From an uncultured Bacteroidales bacterium (GTDB lineage: Bacteria > Bacteroidota > Bacteroidia > Bacteroidales > Muribaculaceae), in assembly GCA_902785925.1 (NCBI GenBank), contig CADAAI010000012.1, positions 2,179 through 66,178 of the forward strand: a stretch of DNA of 64,000 nt. The letters are read 5' to 3'. Below, one piece after another: positions 27,696 to 37,272 of this stretch. Position 1 is the stretch's first letter; every line of letters starts with the position of its first letter. The notes beneath the pieces are model-generated. The model was not told the origin of the DNA, did not search any database, and saw only the letters and a list, made by a program, of their open reading frames with translations. Position numbers and translations under genes: made by a program.

Positions 27696-28844
27696 ATGTA
27701 TCAGTTTAAGGTCCCCGATAAGATAATGATGGGCGACAACATTGTCGCCTCGGTCGAGAACGTGTTTAACCTCTACGGCAAGCACGCATTGATAGTGACT
27801 GGCCCCAATATAGCCCGTTCGACAATGATAGCAAGCTTGGAGCGTACCCTCGACAACGACCGTGTGAAATACACCGTTATCACCAACATCGAGGGCGAGC
27901 CCACTGTTAGCATGATAGAAAATGGCGTCCAGTCCTATAAGGAGCATGGATGCGACTTTATTATTGGCCTGGGTGGCGGAAGTCCACTCGATTCGGCCAA
28001 GGCCATTGCCGCGATGACGGTTCTTGAAGGCTCGATTGCCGACTACAAGGGAGTGCGCATTGACGATGCCGAACTTCCTCCGGTGATATGCATCCCCACG
28101 ACCGCTGGTTCGGGCTCGGAGGTTACAAAATACACCATTATCACCGATGAGAACGATGGCCACAAGATGCTGCTCACTGGCAACTCCCTGCTACCCAAGA
28201 TGGCGATGCTCGACTACACTTTCTCCAACGGTTGCCCCAAAACTGTTACAGCCTCGGCAGGTCTTGACGCATTGACCCATGCCATTGAGGCATTTATCTC
28301 GGTAAATGCCCAACCATTGAGCGATGCGCTTGCTTTGAGCGCCATAAAGCGCATCATGCGTTACTTGCCACAGGTTTATCGTGATGGGAGTAACTTCAAT
28401 GCACGCCGTGAAATGTCGATTGCCGCATTGCAGGCAGGAATTTGTATCAACAACAGCAGTGTGACCCTTATTCATGGCATGAGCCGCCCAATTGGTGCGC
28501 GCTTTGGTGTGCCTCACGGCATGGCTAACGCTATGCTGCTCAATGTTTGCTTGAGCGATATGGAGATGGCCGCTCGCCACAATTTGGCACGCATTGCTAC
28601 TTACCTGCGTATCCAGGCCGTTGACGAGATTGACGCGAGCGAGAAATTTGTCGAGGAAGTAGAGAAACTTGTCGAAAAGCTCGAAGTTCCCACTATGAGC
28701 AAGTATGGCATCAACCGTGATGAGTATATGGCTGCTATTGACGATATGAGCTTTGAGGCTATTATGAGTGGCAGTCCGTCGCATGCACCGCGCGAATATA
28801 CCGCCGATTACATACGCGACATCTATATCCGTGCTTATCGATAA
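27696..28844 (+). CDS. Iron-containing (group III) alcohol dehydrogenase
   Basis: 382 aa. GLGGGSPLDSAKAIA nucleotide-binding motif and conserved metal-ligand His region (LTHAIEAF, HGMSRP, HGMANA). Confidence 0.88.
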   Translation: MYQFKVPDKIMMGDNIVASVENVFNLYGKHALIVTGPNIARSTMIASLERTLDNDRVKYTVITNIEGEPTVSMIENGVQSYKEHGCDFIIGLGGGSPLDSAKAIAAMTVLEGSIADYKGVRIDDAELPPVICIPTTAGSGSEVTKYTIITDENDGHKMLLTGNSLLPKMAMLDYTFSNGCPKTVTASAGLDALTHAIEAFISVNAQPLSDALALSAIKRIMRYLPQVYRDGSNFNARREMSIAALQAGICINNSSVTLIHGMSRPIGARFGVPHGMANAMLLNVCLSDMEMAARHNLARIATYLRIQAVDEIDASEKFVEEVEKLVEKLEVPTMSKYGINRDEYMAAIDDMSFEAIMSGSPSHAPREYTADYIRDIYIRAYR

Positions 28845-28862
28845 TTAAAAAGGATCTATTTG

Positions 28863-29927
28863 ATGAAATTAAGGAAATTATTGTTTTCTGTTATTGCCGT
28901 GTCAATTGTTACATGCGGCACAATTGTTCATGCTCAGGAGAATAACGGTGCGAAGCGATTTGAAGGAACCGTGACTATCGCTATGACCGGTGATATTATG
29001 ACTGGCAGTATCATGCCAACTCCTGACCTGCCACCCAACGAAGGCCGTGACATCTTTGTCGATTGTGCAGAATTGCTTCAGAGCGTTGACGTGGCGTGTG
29101 GCAACCTTGAAGGCGTACTTGCCGACAGTGGCAAGCAACGCAAGCGTCCTGGACCACTGTCGTTCTCTTTCATGATGCCCACCAAGAGTGTAACTCTGCT
29201 TGTTAATGCTGGTTACGATTTTCTGGGCATCGCCAATAATCACATCAACGATTTCTATCCCGAGGGGATTGCCTCGACAATCAAGACCCTTAAGGATAAT
29301 GGAATAGGGGTAGCTGGAACTAGCGCCTGCGAGACCAGTATCAAGGAGATAAACGGAGTGAAATATGGTTTTTGCGCCTTTGGCCATGAAAGCTACACGC
29401 TCAGAACACAAGATCATGCTACCGTGAAGCGTGTCATAAAGAAGCTGCGCCAGGAGTGCGACATCGTGATAGTGTGCTTCCATGGTGGCTCGGAAGGCGT
29501 ATCGGAACGACACTTGCCTTACGGCACAGAGTATTTCCATGGCAGTGACCGCGGAAACCTCAGGGAGTTTGCTCATCTGTGTATCGACAACGGTGCCGAC
29601 ATCGTGTATGGACATGGACCTCACGTGTGCCGCGCTATGGAGGTATATAAAGGACATCTAATTGCCTACAGCCTAGGTAATTTCGCCACACCACGTGGGA
29701 TGAAGCTGGCAGGAGCGACAAGCTATGCCCCGCTGCTGCTTGCGCGCCTTGATGGTAACGGTGAATTAGTTGATGGCTTGATTCAACCGTATATCCAGTA
29801 TCGTGACAAAGGTCCCCGCCTTGACAAAAGCGGCGCGGTACTCAAAGAGATAGAGACTCTCACACGAGAGGATATTAAAGACAACAAGTTGGTTTTTTAT
29901 GACACCGGATACATAAAACCAATGTAA
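28863..29927 (+). CDS. CapA/PGA_cap-family metallophosphatase-like protein, paralogue 1 (secreted)
   Basis: Signal peptide. Motifs MTGDIM, GNLEG, IANNHINDF, FHGGSEG, GHGPHV. The ORF opens at a TTG at 28860, and the ATG is at 28863. Confidence 0.8.
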   Translation: MKLRKLLFSVIAVSIVTCGTIVHAQENNGAKRFEGTVTIAMTGDIMTGSIMPTPDLPPNEGRDIFVDCAELLQSVDVACGNLEGVLADSGKQRKRPGPLSFSFMMPTKSVTLLVNAGYDFLGIANNHINDFYPEGIASTIKTLKDNGIGVAGTSACETSIKEINGVKYGFCAFGHESYTLRTQDHATVKRVIKKLRQECDIVIVCFHGGSEGVSERHLPYGTEYFHGSDRGNLREFAHLCIDNGADIVYGHGPHVCRAMEVYKGHLIAYSLGNFATPRGMKLAGATSYAPLLLARLDGNGELVDGLIQPYIQYRDKGPRLDKSGAVLKEIETLTREDIKDNKLVFYDTGYIKPM

Positions 29928-29999
29928 GTGTTATTTATATAAAAAGACAATTAAGCGCTATATAGTATTGTTGCTGTTTAGCGTTAATCCATAATAAAA

Positions 30000-31097
30000 A
30001 TGAGACATTTCCAGTTAGTAGCAATAATAGCTATCCTCGCGATGACCGCATGCAGCGGTATTGGTACCCAGCAGGGCAGTCAGTCAGCTAGTGACAGTAC
30101 TGCCGACTCGACAGGCAGTCGCAATCGCATCGTCGATACGATAACCCTTGCTATGACTGGCGATATAATGCTAGGTTCTAAGTATCCCAAGCCATGCCTG
30201 CCACCTAATGAAGGTAAGGAAATTTTCATTGACTGTGACTCCATCATCAGGAGTGTTGACGTGGCATGCGGCAACCTAGAGGGAGTGCTTGCCGACACTG
30301 GTAGGTTGCGCAAGAGTTTGAATGGTAAGTTGGCTTTCTCGTTCATGATGCCCACCAAGAGCGTGCAGCTTCTCGTTGATGCCGGTTTCGACTTTATGGG
30401 CATTGCCAACAACCACATTTTCGACTTTTGGGAAGAAGGCACCTTGTCGACAATCAAGACCCTCAGAAATGCTGGGATTGGCGTTGCGGGAACCAAGGAA
30501 TGCGAGACCTGTGTACGCGACATCAAGGGAGTGAAATATGGCTTTTGCGCCTTCGGTCACGAGGTTTACTCGCTCAAGACCCAGGATACAACCACAGTGA
30601 GGCGCATAATTGAGAAGTTGCGCCAGGAGTGCGACATCTTGATAGTGTGCTTCCATGGTGGAGGTGAAGGTACTGCAATGCGTCACGTGCCCTATGGCAC
30701 TGAGATATTTCACGGCTGGGACCGCGGCGACGTGCGGCAGTTTGCCCACCTTGCGGTTGACTGTGGTGCCGACATCGTGTACGGTCACGGCCCTCATGTT
30801 CCTCGCGCCATGGAACTTTATAACGACCACCTCATTGCCTATAGCCTTGGCAACTTTGCTACCATAGGTATGGGTGTTGCTGCGCAAGTAGGCTATGCTC
30901 CACTGCTCGTTGCCCGCATCGACGGCAACGGCAAGTTTGTTGACGGCAAGATACACTCGTTCAGGCAGCCAGGCCGCATAGGTCCTCGTCGCGACCCCAA
31001 CAACCTTGCTGCTAAGGATATTAAGACCCTTACTCAAGAAGACATTAAAGATAACAAACTAAATATTGCCGATGACGGCACTATAATACGAAAATGA
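30000..31097 (+). CDS. CapA/PGA_cap-family metallophosphatase-like lipoprotein, paralogue 2
   Basis: Lipobox AMTACSG. Same motif set as paralogue 1 (MTGDIM, GNLEG, IANNHIFDF, FHGGGEG, GHGPHV). Confidence 0.8.
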   Translation: MRHFQLVAIIAILAMTACSGIGTQQGSQSASDSTADSTGSRNRIVDTITLAMTGDIMLGSKYPKPCLPPNEGKEIFIDCDSIIRSVDVACGNLEGVLADTGRLRKSLNGKLAFSFMMPTKSVQLLVDAGFDFMGIANNHIFDFWEEGTLSTIKTLRNAGIGVAGTKECETCVRDIKGVKYGFCAFGHEVYSLKTQDTTTVRRIIEKLRQECDILIVCFHGGGEGTAMRHVPYGTEIFHGWDRGDVRQFAHLAVDCGADIVYGHGPHVPRAMELYNDHLIAYSLGNFATIGMGVAAQVGYAPLLVARIDGNGKFVDGKIHSFRQPGRIGPRRDPNNLAAKDIKTLTQEDIKDNKLNIADDGTIIRK

Positions 31098-31720
31098 GAA
31101 AAATACTGATAATGATAATGTTGAGCGCTACGCTGGTGTGTAGTGCCTATGATGGAGTGGCTCAACTCTTTGCTGATGAGAGTGGAGAACTGTTCAACTC
31201 CCTCTCGTTCTCGGCGCGTTACCAAATGCTCAACAACTATTACAACACTGAGAAAAGCGAAGTGCTAAACAACCTGCAGACCAATGAGTCACGCATATTA
31301 ACGATATCGCATGACCACATGGTGGTTGCCACTTCGTCGGGCAAAACGGTTGAGCTGAAACTGCTGCCTCAGCCTAAAAACGATACCGTTATTGCTGTTG
31401 TTGAGACAGTGGCTACGCCCGTCAAGGATAGCCGAATCTCGTTCTATGACCTGAAATGGAAACGACTCGACGATGCCCGATTCATCACCAAGCCCGAGAT
31501 GAATGATTTCATCTTGCCTCAGGCACCAAAAAAAGAGCGCGAAGAACTGGTTAATCTCGTAAACTTCGCAATGATTGAGATGGCGTTTGAGGGTAACACT
31601 CTTGTGGCGCGTTGCAATCTTCAGGACTTTTATATGGGTGACGATTTCAAGCACTATGCCAAGTGGATTAATAATCGCATCACCTACGTTATCGATAAAG
31701 GAAAGCTAAAAAGACGATGA
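31094..31720 (+). CDS. Hypothetical secreted protein (possibly DUF3256 family)
   Basis: 208 aa with a signal peptide. Its start overlaps the previous stop (ATGA). Family name is recalled from similar Bacteroides proteins and not verified. Confidence 0.45.
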   Translation: MRKILIMIMLSATLVCSAYDGVAQLFADESGELFNSLSFSARYQMLNNYYNTEKSEVLNNLQTNESRILTISHDHMVVATSSGKTVELKLLPQPKNDTVIAVVETVATPVKDSRISFYDLKWKRLDDARFITKPEMNDFILPQAPKKEREELVNLVNFAMIEMAFEGNTLVARCNLQDFYMGDDFKHYAKWINNRITYVIDKGKLKRR

Positions 31721-31723
31721 GCC

Positions 31724-33019
31724 ATGAATGTTGAGGCGCTGACACTCATACAATACAACAACCGCATCAAGCGGCTTGTCAACGACCCTAGCGTGCATGT
31801 GTGCTGGGTGATGGCCGAGACTAGCGACCTGCGCGTGAGTCGTGGGCATTGCTATCTCGAACTCATCCAGAAGGACGATACTGGTGCTACAGTTGCTCGA
31901 CTAGGAGCTGCTATATGGGCAAGTACGTTTGCGGGCCTCAACGATAAGTTCTATAGGGCTACGGGTAAACCACTCACCTCGGGTATGAAGGTGATGGTGA
32001 ATGTGACAGCTAACTTTCATGAGCTTTATGGTATGAAAGCCTTTATCAACGATATCGACCCAAGCTATACACTGGGCGATATGGAGCGAATAAGGCGTGA
32101 GATAATTGCCAAGCTCACAAGTGAGGGTATTATCGACATGAACAAGCAGCTGCCGTGGGGCTTGGCTCCGCAGCGCATCGCAGTGATTTCGGCTCGTGGC
32201 GCTGCCGGCTATGGCGATTTCCTTAACCAGCTTCACAACAACGATCATGGGTTGAAGTTCTACACGTGCCTCTTTGAGGCTGTGATGCAGGGAGCCAATT
32301 GCGTCCCCAGCGTGATTGCTGCCCTTGACCGCATTGCAGCAGTAGAGGAATTGTTTGACTGCGTGGTGATAATTCGAGGTGGTGGTTCCACCAGCGATCT
32401 GAACTCGTTTGACAACTATGATCTAGGCGCCAACATTGCTCAGTTCCCGTTACCCATCATTACTGGTATAGGTCACGACCGCGACGTGACGATACCCGAC
32501 ATGGTGTCGAAACTGCACGTGAAGACACCCACTGCAGCAGCGGCATTCCTTGTTCAGTGTGGTACTGCTCAGCTTGAACGCATTAAGGTGCTTACCGAGA
32601 CAATAGCCACCGTTTCGCGCGAAGCTGTGGCACAGTCGCGTGAACAGCTTGCCTACTATGGCAACTTCATCCCGCTTGCCGCTGCGAAGCTCGTTGAGAC
32701 GAGCCGTATGCGCCTGAAGGGTTACACGCAGTCAATCCCGCTAGTGCTCAAGTCACGACTAAGCAATGAGAGGGTAGGACTGCAGCATAAACAGGAGGCG
32801 ATAAAAGCTGCACTGAACACTTCTATGGAGCGTCAGCGGCTGCTAATTGCATCGCTCACCGACAAGGTGAACCTTCTATCGCCACAAAACACCCTGAATC
32901 GCGGCTACTCACTCACCACCTGTAACGGTCATGTGGTGACTAGTGTTGATGCCCTCAAGGCTGGTTCAGTTATTGAGACTACTCTTGCCGACGGCAAGGT
33001 GACAAGTGTTGTTGAATAA
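31724..33019 (+). CDS. xseA: Exodeoxyribonuclease VII large subunit
   Basis: 431 aa. N-terminal OB fold, central catalytic region (IIRGGGS, ITGIGHDRD). Followed by xseB. Confidence 0.9.
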   Translation: MNVEALTLIQYNNRIKRLVNDPSVHVCWVMAETSDLRVSRGHCYLELIQKDDTGATVARLGAAIWASTFAGLNDKFYRATGKPLTSGMKVMVNVTANFHELYGMKAFINDIDPSYTLGDMERIRREIIAKLTSEGIIDMNKQLPWGLAPQRIAVISARGAAGYGDFLNQLHNNDHGLKFYTCLFEAVMQGANCVPSVIAALDRIAAVEELFDCVVIIRGGGSTSDLNSFDNYDLGANIAQFPLPIITGIGHDRDVTIPDMVSKLHVKTPTAAAAFLVQCGTAQLERIKVLTETIATVSREAVAQSREQLAYYGNFIPLAAAKLVETSRMRLKGYTQSIPLVLKSRLSNERVGLQHKQEAIKAALNTSMERQRLLIASLTDKVNLLSPQNTLNRGYSLTTCNGHVVTSVDALKAGSVIETTLADGKVTSVVE

Positions 33020-33031
33020 AAAAAATAAGAT

Positions 33032-33241
33032 ATGGAAAATCAAGAAATTGATAAAATGACTTACACTCAAGCGATAACCGAACTTGAGGAGATCGTGAAG
33101 AAGATGCAAAGCCCAGAGTGTTCAATCGACAACTTGAGCCAGTACACGGCACGCTCGTTGCAATTGCTCAAGGTGTGCAAGGCAAAACTCACCGCTACCG
33201 ACGAGGAATTGAAAAAGGTACTCGACGAGATGAGCGATTAA
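33032..33241 (+). CDS. xseB: Exodeoxyribonuclease VII small subunit
   Basis: 69-aa helical protein (YTQAITELEEIVKKMQSPE...) directly after xseA. Confidence 0.85.
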   Translation: MENQEIDKMTYTQAITELEEIVKKMQSPECSIDNLSQYTARSLQLLKVCKAKLTATDEELKKVLDEMSD

Positions 33242-33260
33242 ACAATGCATAATTTTCATC

Positions 33261-33283
33261 CCCCCCACTCGAGAGGGGGAGTT
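33261..33283 (+). repeat. REP-like C5/G5 hairpin element, copy 3 (just after the xseB stop)
   Basis: CCCCCC (33261-33266) can pair with GGGGG (33275-33279). It ends in the shared 12-mer AGAGGGGGAGTT (33272-33283). Confidence 0.5.
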
Positions 33284-33321
33284 GTGAGAAGTTTATTGTG
33301 GAATTTTAAAAATGAAATGAT

Positions 33322-33576
33322 ATGGAAAGAGAAGACGAAGTTGTGGTTTTCGCCATGTATGATGACCCTGTCGAGGCCAATATCGTGAAAGGTGTGCTCG
33401 AGAGCAATGGAGTTGTTGCTGGCGTTATGGGTGATGCTTTTGCCAACACCATGATGAAAGGCTTTACACAGGGCTCGATACGCGTAGTGGTATTCCGCAA
33501 GGACCTGGAGCGTGCCCATGAGATTATGAACTCGGCATCGATTGGCGAACCCGAGTTGGAGAATTGTGAAGATTAA
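33322..33576 (+). CDS. DUF2007-type small putative signal-transducing protein
   Basis: 84 aa. The pattern VVVFAMYDDPVEANIVKGVLESNGV is typical of DUF2007. Tightly followed by mltG. Confidence 0.6.
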   Translation: MEREDEVVVFAMYDDPVEANIVKGVLESNGVVAGVMGDAFANTMMKGFTQGSIRVVVFRKDLERAHEIMNSASIGEPELENCED

Positions 33577-33588
33577 CACTATAAACCT

Positions 33589-34659
33589 ATGGCAAACAAT
33601 AATAAACGCCCTGTAGCAAAGGGTAATATCAACAAGAAGAAATTGCCTCGATGGCTCGTGGTTACCATTGTGGTGGCTGTAGTGCTGCTGGCGATAGCTG
33701 CCATTGCAGCGGCGCCGTTCCTCACAGCGACAGCCGATAAAGAAGCAACGCTGTTCATCAAGCGTGGTACTAGCAACGATGCTGTGGGAGATATGATTGC
33801 GGCCGAGGTAAGTTCCGATTTTTCATCAAAAGTGATGGAAGTGCTTACTTTGACAGGTGGAGACTTGAGCACTCGTCAGGGAGCCTTCAAGATTAAAGAA
33901 GGCGAGAGCGCACTCAGCGTCGCCAACCATCTGCGTCGCGGCTCGCCCGACGAAGTAAAGGTTACCATCAACAACATACGAACCAAAGAGCAGCTCGCAA
34001 AACTGCTGGGTAAGAAGTTGATGATGGATGAAGCTGATTTTCTCAAGGCGTTAAACGACAAGGAACTGTGCTCGTCGCTTGAAAAGAATCCAGACAACGT
34101 GACTGGCTTGTTCCTCGCCGATACCTATCAGTTCCTGTGGGATGTTGAACCAGCCAAACTTCTTGAGTCGATGAAGAAGTTCAGCGACTCGTTCTGGAAT
34201 AGCGACCGCAAAGAGAAAGCTGAAAAACTAGGTCTAACCCCCGATGAGGTTATTGCGCTAGCTGCCATCGTTGAGGGCGAAACAGCAAAAGCTGACGAGA
34301 AGGGCAAAGTGGCGCGCCTCTACATGAACCGCCTGAAGCAACATATCAAGTTACAGGCCGACCCTACAGTGAAGTTTGCCCTTGGTGACTTTGCTCTGCG
34401 TCGACTTCGTCTCGCCGACACTCGTATCGAGTCGCCGTGGAACACCTATTATGTCGAAGGGCTGCCCCCAGGTCCTATCTGCATCCCCGAAAAATCTTCG
34501 ATTGATGCAGTTCTCGACGCTCCTGAGCACGACTACATCTACATGTGTGCCAAGGAAGACTTCTCGGGCTACCACAATTTTGCTGTCGACTACAGCGAGC
34601 ATGAGGCCAACGCCAAGCGCTATCAGAATGCCCTCAATGAGCGAAACATAATGCGATAA
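33589..34659 (+). CDS. mltG: Endolytic murein transglycosylase MltG (YceG-like)
   Basis: 356 aa with an N-terminal TM anchor. YceG motifs (LAAIVEGET, LQADPTV, NTY...GLPPGPI). Confidence 0.88.
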   Translation: MANNNKRPVAKGNINKKKLPRWLVVTIVVAVVLLAIAAIAAAPFLTATADKEATLFIKRGTSNDAVGDMIAAEVSSDFSSKVMEVLTLTGGDLSTRQGAFKIKEGESALSVANHLRRGSPDEVKVTINNIRTKEQLAKLLGKKLMMDEADFLKALNDKELCSSLEKNPDNVTGLFLADTYQFLWDVEPAKLLESMKKFSDSFWNSDRKEKAEKLGLTPDEVIALAAIVEGETAKADEKGKVARLYMNRLKQHIKLQADPTVKFALGDFALRRLRLADTRIESPWNTYYVEGLPPGPICIPEKSSIDAVLDAPEHDYIYMCAKEDFSGYHNFAVDYSEHEANAKRYQNALNERNIMR

Positions 34660-34684
34660 CCCCAATAATAAGACTACTTGCGCG

Positions 34685-35368
34685 ATGAAGAAGACGTTAT
34701 TACTATTTGTGATGCTGGTGAGCGCCTGGACAACTGTTGTGGCCGACGAGCTGATTCGCTTCGACCTCAATAACTACACAGGGTGGGATTATACCCGTCC
34801 AGGATTTTTACTGAATTCTGAGAGTATAGGACAAAACAACGTGAACCTATTCAAGGAAGGCACGAATCCTGATTATACCCTTATATCGCCTCTTATCGAT
34901 AAGCGCACGACAATCGAGATAATCATAAACGTTTTGGGCTATTCCAAATTTTGGAACAATTCTAATTATGATCCTTACAAGGGTTCACCCACAATCGAGA
35001 TACTTGACCCCGACGGCAACGTATTGAAGAACTTTTTCTATCAATTTGGGGACAAAGCATTTGTTCGCAACTTCTCGGTGCGCATGATTGTTGCCGACTT
35101 GAATGTCAGTTTTTTCAAGATTAGGCTGGCATGCTGGAGCGCTGGAATCTACGACGCCCTCTCGGTGAGAGAGGTGGTAATAGAGGATGGCATACAGCAC
35201 GGTGATGTGAACGGTGACGGCACCGTGACATCGGCCGATGTCACGGCCATTTATGACTATCTGCTAAACGGCGACACCTCATCGCTCATCAACGGCGACC
35301 AGGATGGTGATGGCATCGTCACCGCTTCGGATGTCACCGCCGTCTACAACATTCTCCTGGGCGTGTGA
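34685..35368 (+). CDS. Small secreted protein with C-terminal dockerin-type module
   Basis: 227 aa with a signal peptide and an approx 150-aa uncharacterised domain. Ends in GDVNGDGTVTSADVTAIYDYLLNG...GDQDGDGIVTASDVTAVYNILLGV. Confidence 0.7.
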   Translation: MKKTLLLFVMLVSAWTTVVADELIRFDLNNYTGWDYTRPGFLLNSESIGQNNVNLFKEGTNPDYTLISPLIDKRTTIEIIINVLGYSKFWNNSNYDPYKGSPTIEILDPDGNVLKNFFYQFGDKAFVRNFSVRMIVADLNVSFFKIRLACWSAGIYDALSVREVVIEDGIQHGDVNGDGTVTSADVTAIYDYLLNGDTSSLINGDQDGDGIVTASDVTAVYNILLGV

Positions 35369-35382
35369 AGATGTGGTGCTGA

Positions 35383-36177
35383 TTATTGTCCGTAGGTCGA
35401 TTGCGATAATATTGCTGTGAGTTGTGGCTCCAGGACCTTGTTAGAGGCTAGGACGCTCCAATTTCGGTCGGGGCGGAAGCGGTCGGCATAGGCACCTGCC
35501 TCGTGCGCGATGAGCATTGCTGCACACACATCCCATTCGTTAAGATTCATTTCCCAGTAGGCGTCGAGAAATCCCGCCGCCACATAACATATGTCGAGAG
35601 CTGCCGACCCCAGGCGTCTCAACCCTCTGACTACAGGCATGATGCGCTTGAAGTTGTCGAGGTTGTTGTCGGGGTTGGTGGCCTTGTCATAAGGGAATCC
35701 CGTCGCAACCACAGCTTTTGAGAGCAGAGGAGTGCCGCTGGGCGCTATGGGTGTGCCGTTGAGCGTAGCACCGCCTCCCAATGTGGCGCAGAACATTTCG
35801 CCTAGCCTTGCGGCATAGACAACTCCTGCCACTGTCTTGCCATTGTGCTTGACGCCAATTGACACGTTGAACCATGGTAGTCCGGAGCTATAGTTGGTGG
35901 TTCCGTCGAGCGGATCGATGACCCATTCCCACTCACGGTTGCCGTGTGAAGAATATCCCGACTCCTCGGTAAGAATCGAGTGGTCGGGATATAAACGGTT
36001 GATGCAATCTACTAATAATCTCTCGCTGGCTTTGTCGGCTGCGGTAACGACGTCGAAGTCATTTTGCTTGGTGGCGATCTCCAGTTCATTGGAACGGAAA
36101 AACTGGAGCTGCACCTCACCAGCTCCCCGCGCCATTAGAATAGCATCGGCGAGGATTGCGTTATAAGTGCTGTTCAT
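35383..36177 (-). CDS. Inositol monophosphatase family protein
   Basis: 264 aa with IMPase motifs (WVIDPLDGTTNY, GSAALD). Confidence 0.88.
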   Translation of the reverse strand: MNSTYNAILADAILMARGAGEVQLQFFRSNELEIATKQNDFDVVTAADKASERLLVDCINRLYPDHSILTEESGYSSHGNREWEWVIDPLDGTTNYSSGLPWFNVSIGVKHNGKTVAGVVYAARLGEMFCATLGGGATLNGTPIAPSGTPLLSKAVVATGFPYDKATNPDNNLDNFKRIMPVVRGLRRLGSAALDICYVAAGFLDAYWEMNLNEWDVCAAMLIAHEAGAYADRFRPDRNWSVLASNKVLEPQLTAILSQSTYGQ

Positions 36178-36199
36178 TCTAGGCTGTAGCGTGTTTTTC

Positions 36200-36667
36200 T
36201 CACTTTACTTTCTTAATGGGAATTTGACGCTTGAACACTTCCTTGAAGGTGATGAGAGTCTCGGTGCGTCCTAGGCCAAGCTGCAGGAATTTGTCGTGGA
36301 TGAGCTTGAGCAGGTGGTCGTTGGTGTGAGCATAGAGTTTCACAAACATGTCGTACTTGCCAGTTGTGTAGTAGCACTCTACTACCTCGGGAAGCTCGCG
36401 CAGATGATCTACTACGCTCTCAAACTTGGACGAGTCGTTAAGGAAAATACCCACATAGGCGCAGGTCTCATATCCTACAGCTACAGGATTGATGAGTGAG
36501 ATAGAACCTGTAATAACACCCATAGAGTTGAGTTTCTGGATCCTTTGGTGGATAGCAGCTCCCGATACATTACATTCGCGGGCGATTTCCAAATAAGGCT
36601 TGCGAGCATCACTAGAAAGCATGTTCAAAATTTTGTAATCGAGGTCGTCTAACTTTGGTGTTGCCAT
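36200..36667 (-). CDS. Lrp/AsnC-family transcriptional regulator
   Basis: 155 aa. N-terminal HTH (LDYKILNMLSSDARKPYLEIARECNVSGAAIHQRIQKL) plus a RAM/AsnC C-terminal domain. Confidence 0.88.
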   Translation of the reverse strand: MATPKLDDLDYKILNMLSSDARKPYLEIARECNVSGAAIHQRIQKLNSMGVITGSISLINPVAVGYETCAYVGIFLNDSSKFESVVDHLRELPEVVECYYTTGKYDMFVKLYAHTNDHLLKLIHDKFLQLGLGRTETLITFKEVFKRQIPIKKVK

Positions 36668-37272
36668 AATTGTTTTAATCTATTAGGTTATTAAATGATT
36701 GTTCTTTTTTGATTTGATTTAGAAAAAATGCCCCATTATGGTAGGGTTTTTGTAAAAATCTTTGCAAATGTAAGAAAAAAATCTGAAAATCCAACAATTT
36801 ATAATATAAAAAACCTAAAAATAGCAACTTTTTTCTTGTTGTTTGTCTTTTTGCGCTTGCAAAACACGTTTTATGAGTGTTAAGTTAGTGCTAAATCATT
36901 GATTTTGCTTTGTCTTTTTCGATTTTTTCTATATTTTTGCAAAACAAAAAATATGTTTTTATAGATTGTAGATTTTAAGGAGCCCACGCTGAGAAGCGTA
37001 GGCTCTTTAATTTGTTTACCAAGTGTCGTTGCAAAGATGACGCAAGAGACAATGCATAGATCTGATGTTGATGGACAGTGTCGGTTGCTTTCTTTATACA
37101 AATATGGTGGGCATACCGGTTTTTTTTGAAGTTAGCGATGTTGTGTTATTTGTGAAAATTTTAGGGTAATTTGTGAAATAGTGGTTGAGGAAAATTATTG
37201 TAATTTTGTGCTGTATTAAACATTAAGTTATAATACATTCAAATTCGAATTAGAAATAAGAATTATTTAGAT

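Noticed and set aside
27672-28784. Minus-strand ORFs 27672..28163 and 28191..28784 opposite the alcohol dehydrogenase gene, and 28902..29657 and 30276..31037 opposite the CapA genes
   Set aside because: The plus-strand products carry unambiguous family motifs. The antisense ORFs have none and overlap the plus-strand genes almost completely.
33256-33579. 107-aa minus-strand ORF overlapping the DUF2007 gene
   Set aside because: The plus-strand 84-aa product has the DUF2007-like pattern and sits in operon spacing with mltG. The minus-strand ORF begins inside mltG upstream sequence and ends in the REP-like element.
36880-37101. 73-aa minus-strand ORF in the AT-rich gap
   Set aside because: No ribosome-binding or promoter context and an odd composition. 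It overlaps the candidate sRNA hairpin and is more likely non-coding.
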